DNA of 19,623 nucleotides, from positions 1 through 19,623 of the forward strand of contig JBIJBT010000052.1 of assembly GCA_044345055.1 (NCBI GenBank). Reading direction: 5' to 3'. This document shows, one piece after another, positions 18,872 through 19,623 of the stretch. Position 1 is the stretch's first letter. The number at the start of each line of letters is the position of its first letter. Below the pieces are notes generated by a model. The model saw only the letters and a list, made by a program, of their open reading frames with translations, did not search any database and was not told the origin of the DNA. The stretch comes from Bdellovibrionota bacterium. GTDB lineage: Bacteria; Bdellovibrionota_C; UBA2361; OMIW01. The translations under genes and the position numbers were made by a program.

Positions 18872-19491
18872 GTGTCAGGTTTCTCCGTTTTCCAATGCGC
18901 TTTGATGGCTGCTTCTATCTTCGACTGCTCTGAACCTTTGCCCTTGAGCTTAATACTCCAGGATCTACCTGGATAAATTATGTCCCACTCAGAGATTGCC
19001 TGTTCATATCTTCCGCTGCCAGGATCGTGGTTCCCAAAACCGTCTACTACTGAGTTCCAAACTGGTCTAAACCTACGAATTAGACCAGCTTCCACAGCCC
19101 CGATCAGATCACTTTCAGCGTTATTCAATACCATAAAACGACAAGAAAAATCATCAGCCTTGAGGTTCTTAGTCTGGGCGATACTTCCAGCATGTTCTCG
19201 GAGTCTTTTGAATAAAGTTTCCGATATTTTTAAAGAATTATTGTCTCGTCCTTGTCTCCATCCTGGGGGCACTGCTTTTCCAACATAAATCGGATGATCT
19301 CCAAAGCCAGAAGACAAATCGGTCAGCGGCTTATAAAGAGGGAACTTCCCCTGATAGTAAATTGCATAGACACCTGTTCCCTGAAATCGCTGCTTGGGAG
19401 GGATTACAGAGATTGGCGAAGAGATGAGAAATGCGATTGCTTCATCCACCAGGCTGGTGAACGTGCTAAACCGAAGTTCCCCCAAAAACAC
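18868..19491 (-). CDS. Eco29kI-family GIY-YIG type II restriction endonuclease
   Basis: GVYAIYY...PIYVGKA, LFKRLREH, AVEAGLI...PVWN and GFGNHDPGSGR...SEWD...PGRSW, which are characteristic of Eco29kI/Cfr42I. Stop overlaps the MTase start by 4 nt. Confidence 0.92.
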   Translation of the reverse strand: MFLGELRFSTFTSLVDEAIAFLISSPISVIPPKQRFQGTGVYAIYYQGKFPLYKPLTDLSSGFGDHPIYVGKAVPPGWRQGRDNNSLKISETLFKRLREHAGSIAQTKNLKADDFSCRFMVLNNAESDLIGAVEAGLIRRFRPVWNSVVDGFGNHDPGSGRYEQAISEWDIIYPGRSWSIKLKGKGSEQSKIEAAIKAHWKTEKPDT

Positions 19492-19623
19492 CCCTAAAAA
19501 CCAGACTTAAAATATTGATATTCCCGAGCATTTCGGGTTTTTGTAACTGTCAAAACGTACCCATGTAAACAAGCAATATAAGTATTGTTATTAATGGGCT
19601 AATACAGTACTTTAGTACCCATG

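Larger units (their letters stand above)
15987..19623. mobile_element. Left end of a tRNA-Leu-targeted integrative element or defence island (continues beyond the window)
   Basis: Truncated tRNA at the boundary, an integrase about 300 bp inside, restriction-modification cargo, and visibly more AT-rich sequence than the flanking genes. The right end is not seen. Confidence 0.8.

Noticed and set aside
19557..19623. Direct repeat GTACCCATG at 19557-19565 and 19615-19623
   Set aside because: Only 9 bp and cut by the window edge. It could be regulatory but cannot be evaluated here.

Overview
Bacterial chromosomal window. Positions 1-15900 are mostly housekeeping: an ALDH7-type aldehyde dehydrogenase, class 1 FBPase, an NtrY-like kinase with a DUF4390-like partner, yebC-ruvA-ruvB (no ruvC), ispG and tRNA-fMet. 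They also hold a Gly-rich harpin-like orphan, a lipoprotein, a degenerate PRTase, a Cre-like recombinase and a membrane pseudokinase. From about 15990 to the window end lies the left part of an integrative element: a tyrosine integrase plus an Eco29kI-type GIY-YIG restriction enzyme and a C5 methyltransferase. The most unusual feature is its junction. A tRNA-Leu(UAA) 5' half (15956-15993) stops at the end of the anticodon loop and is not restored. A different, complete tRNA-Leu(UAA) without encoded CCA follows 27 bp later. That tRNA is enclosed by a 25-bp inverted repeat whose left copy spans the presumed host/element junction. All calls come from reading motifs by eye; no searches or folding programs were run.
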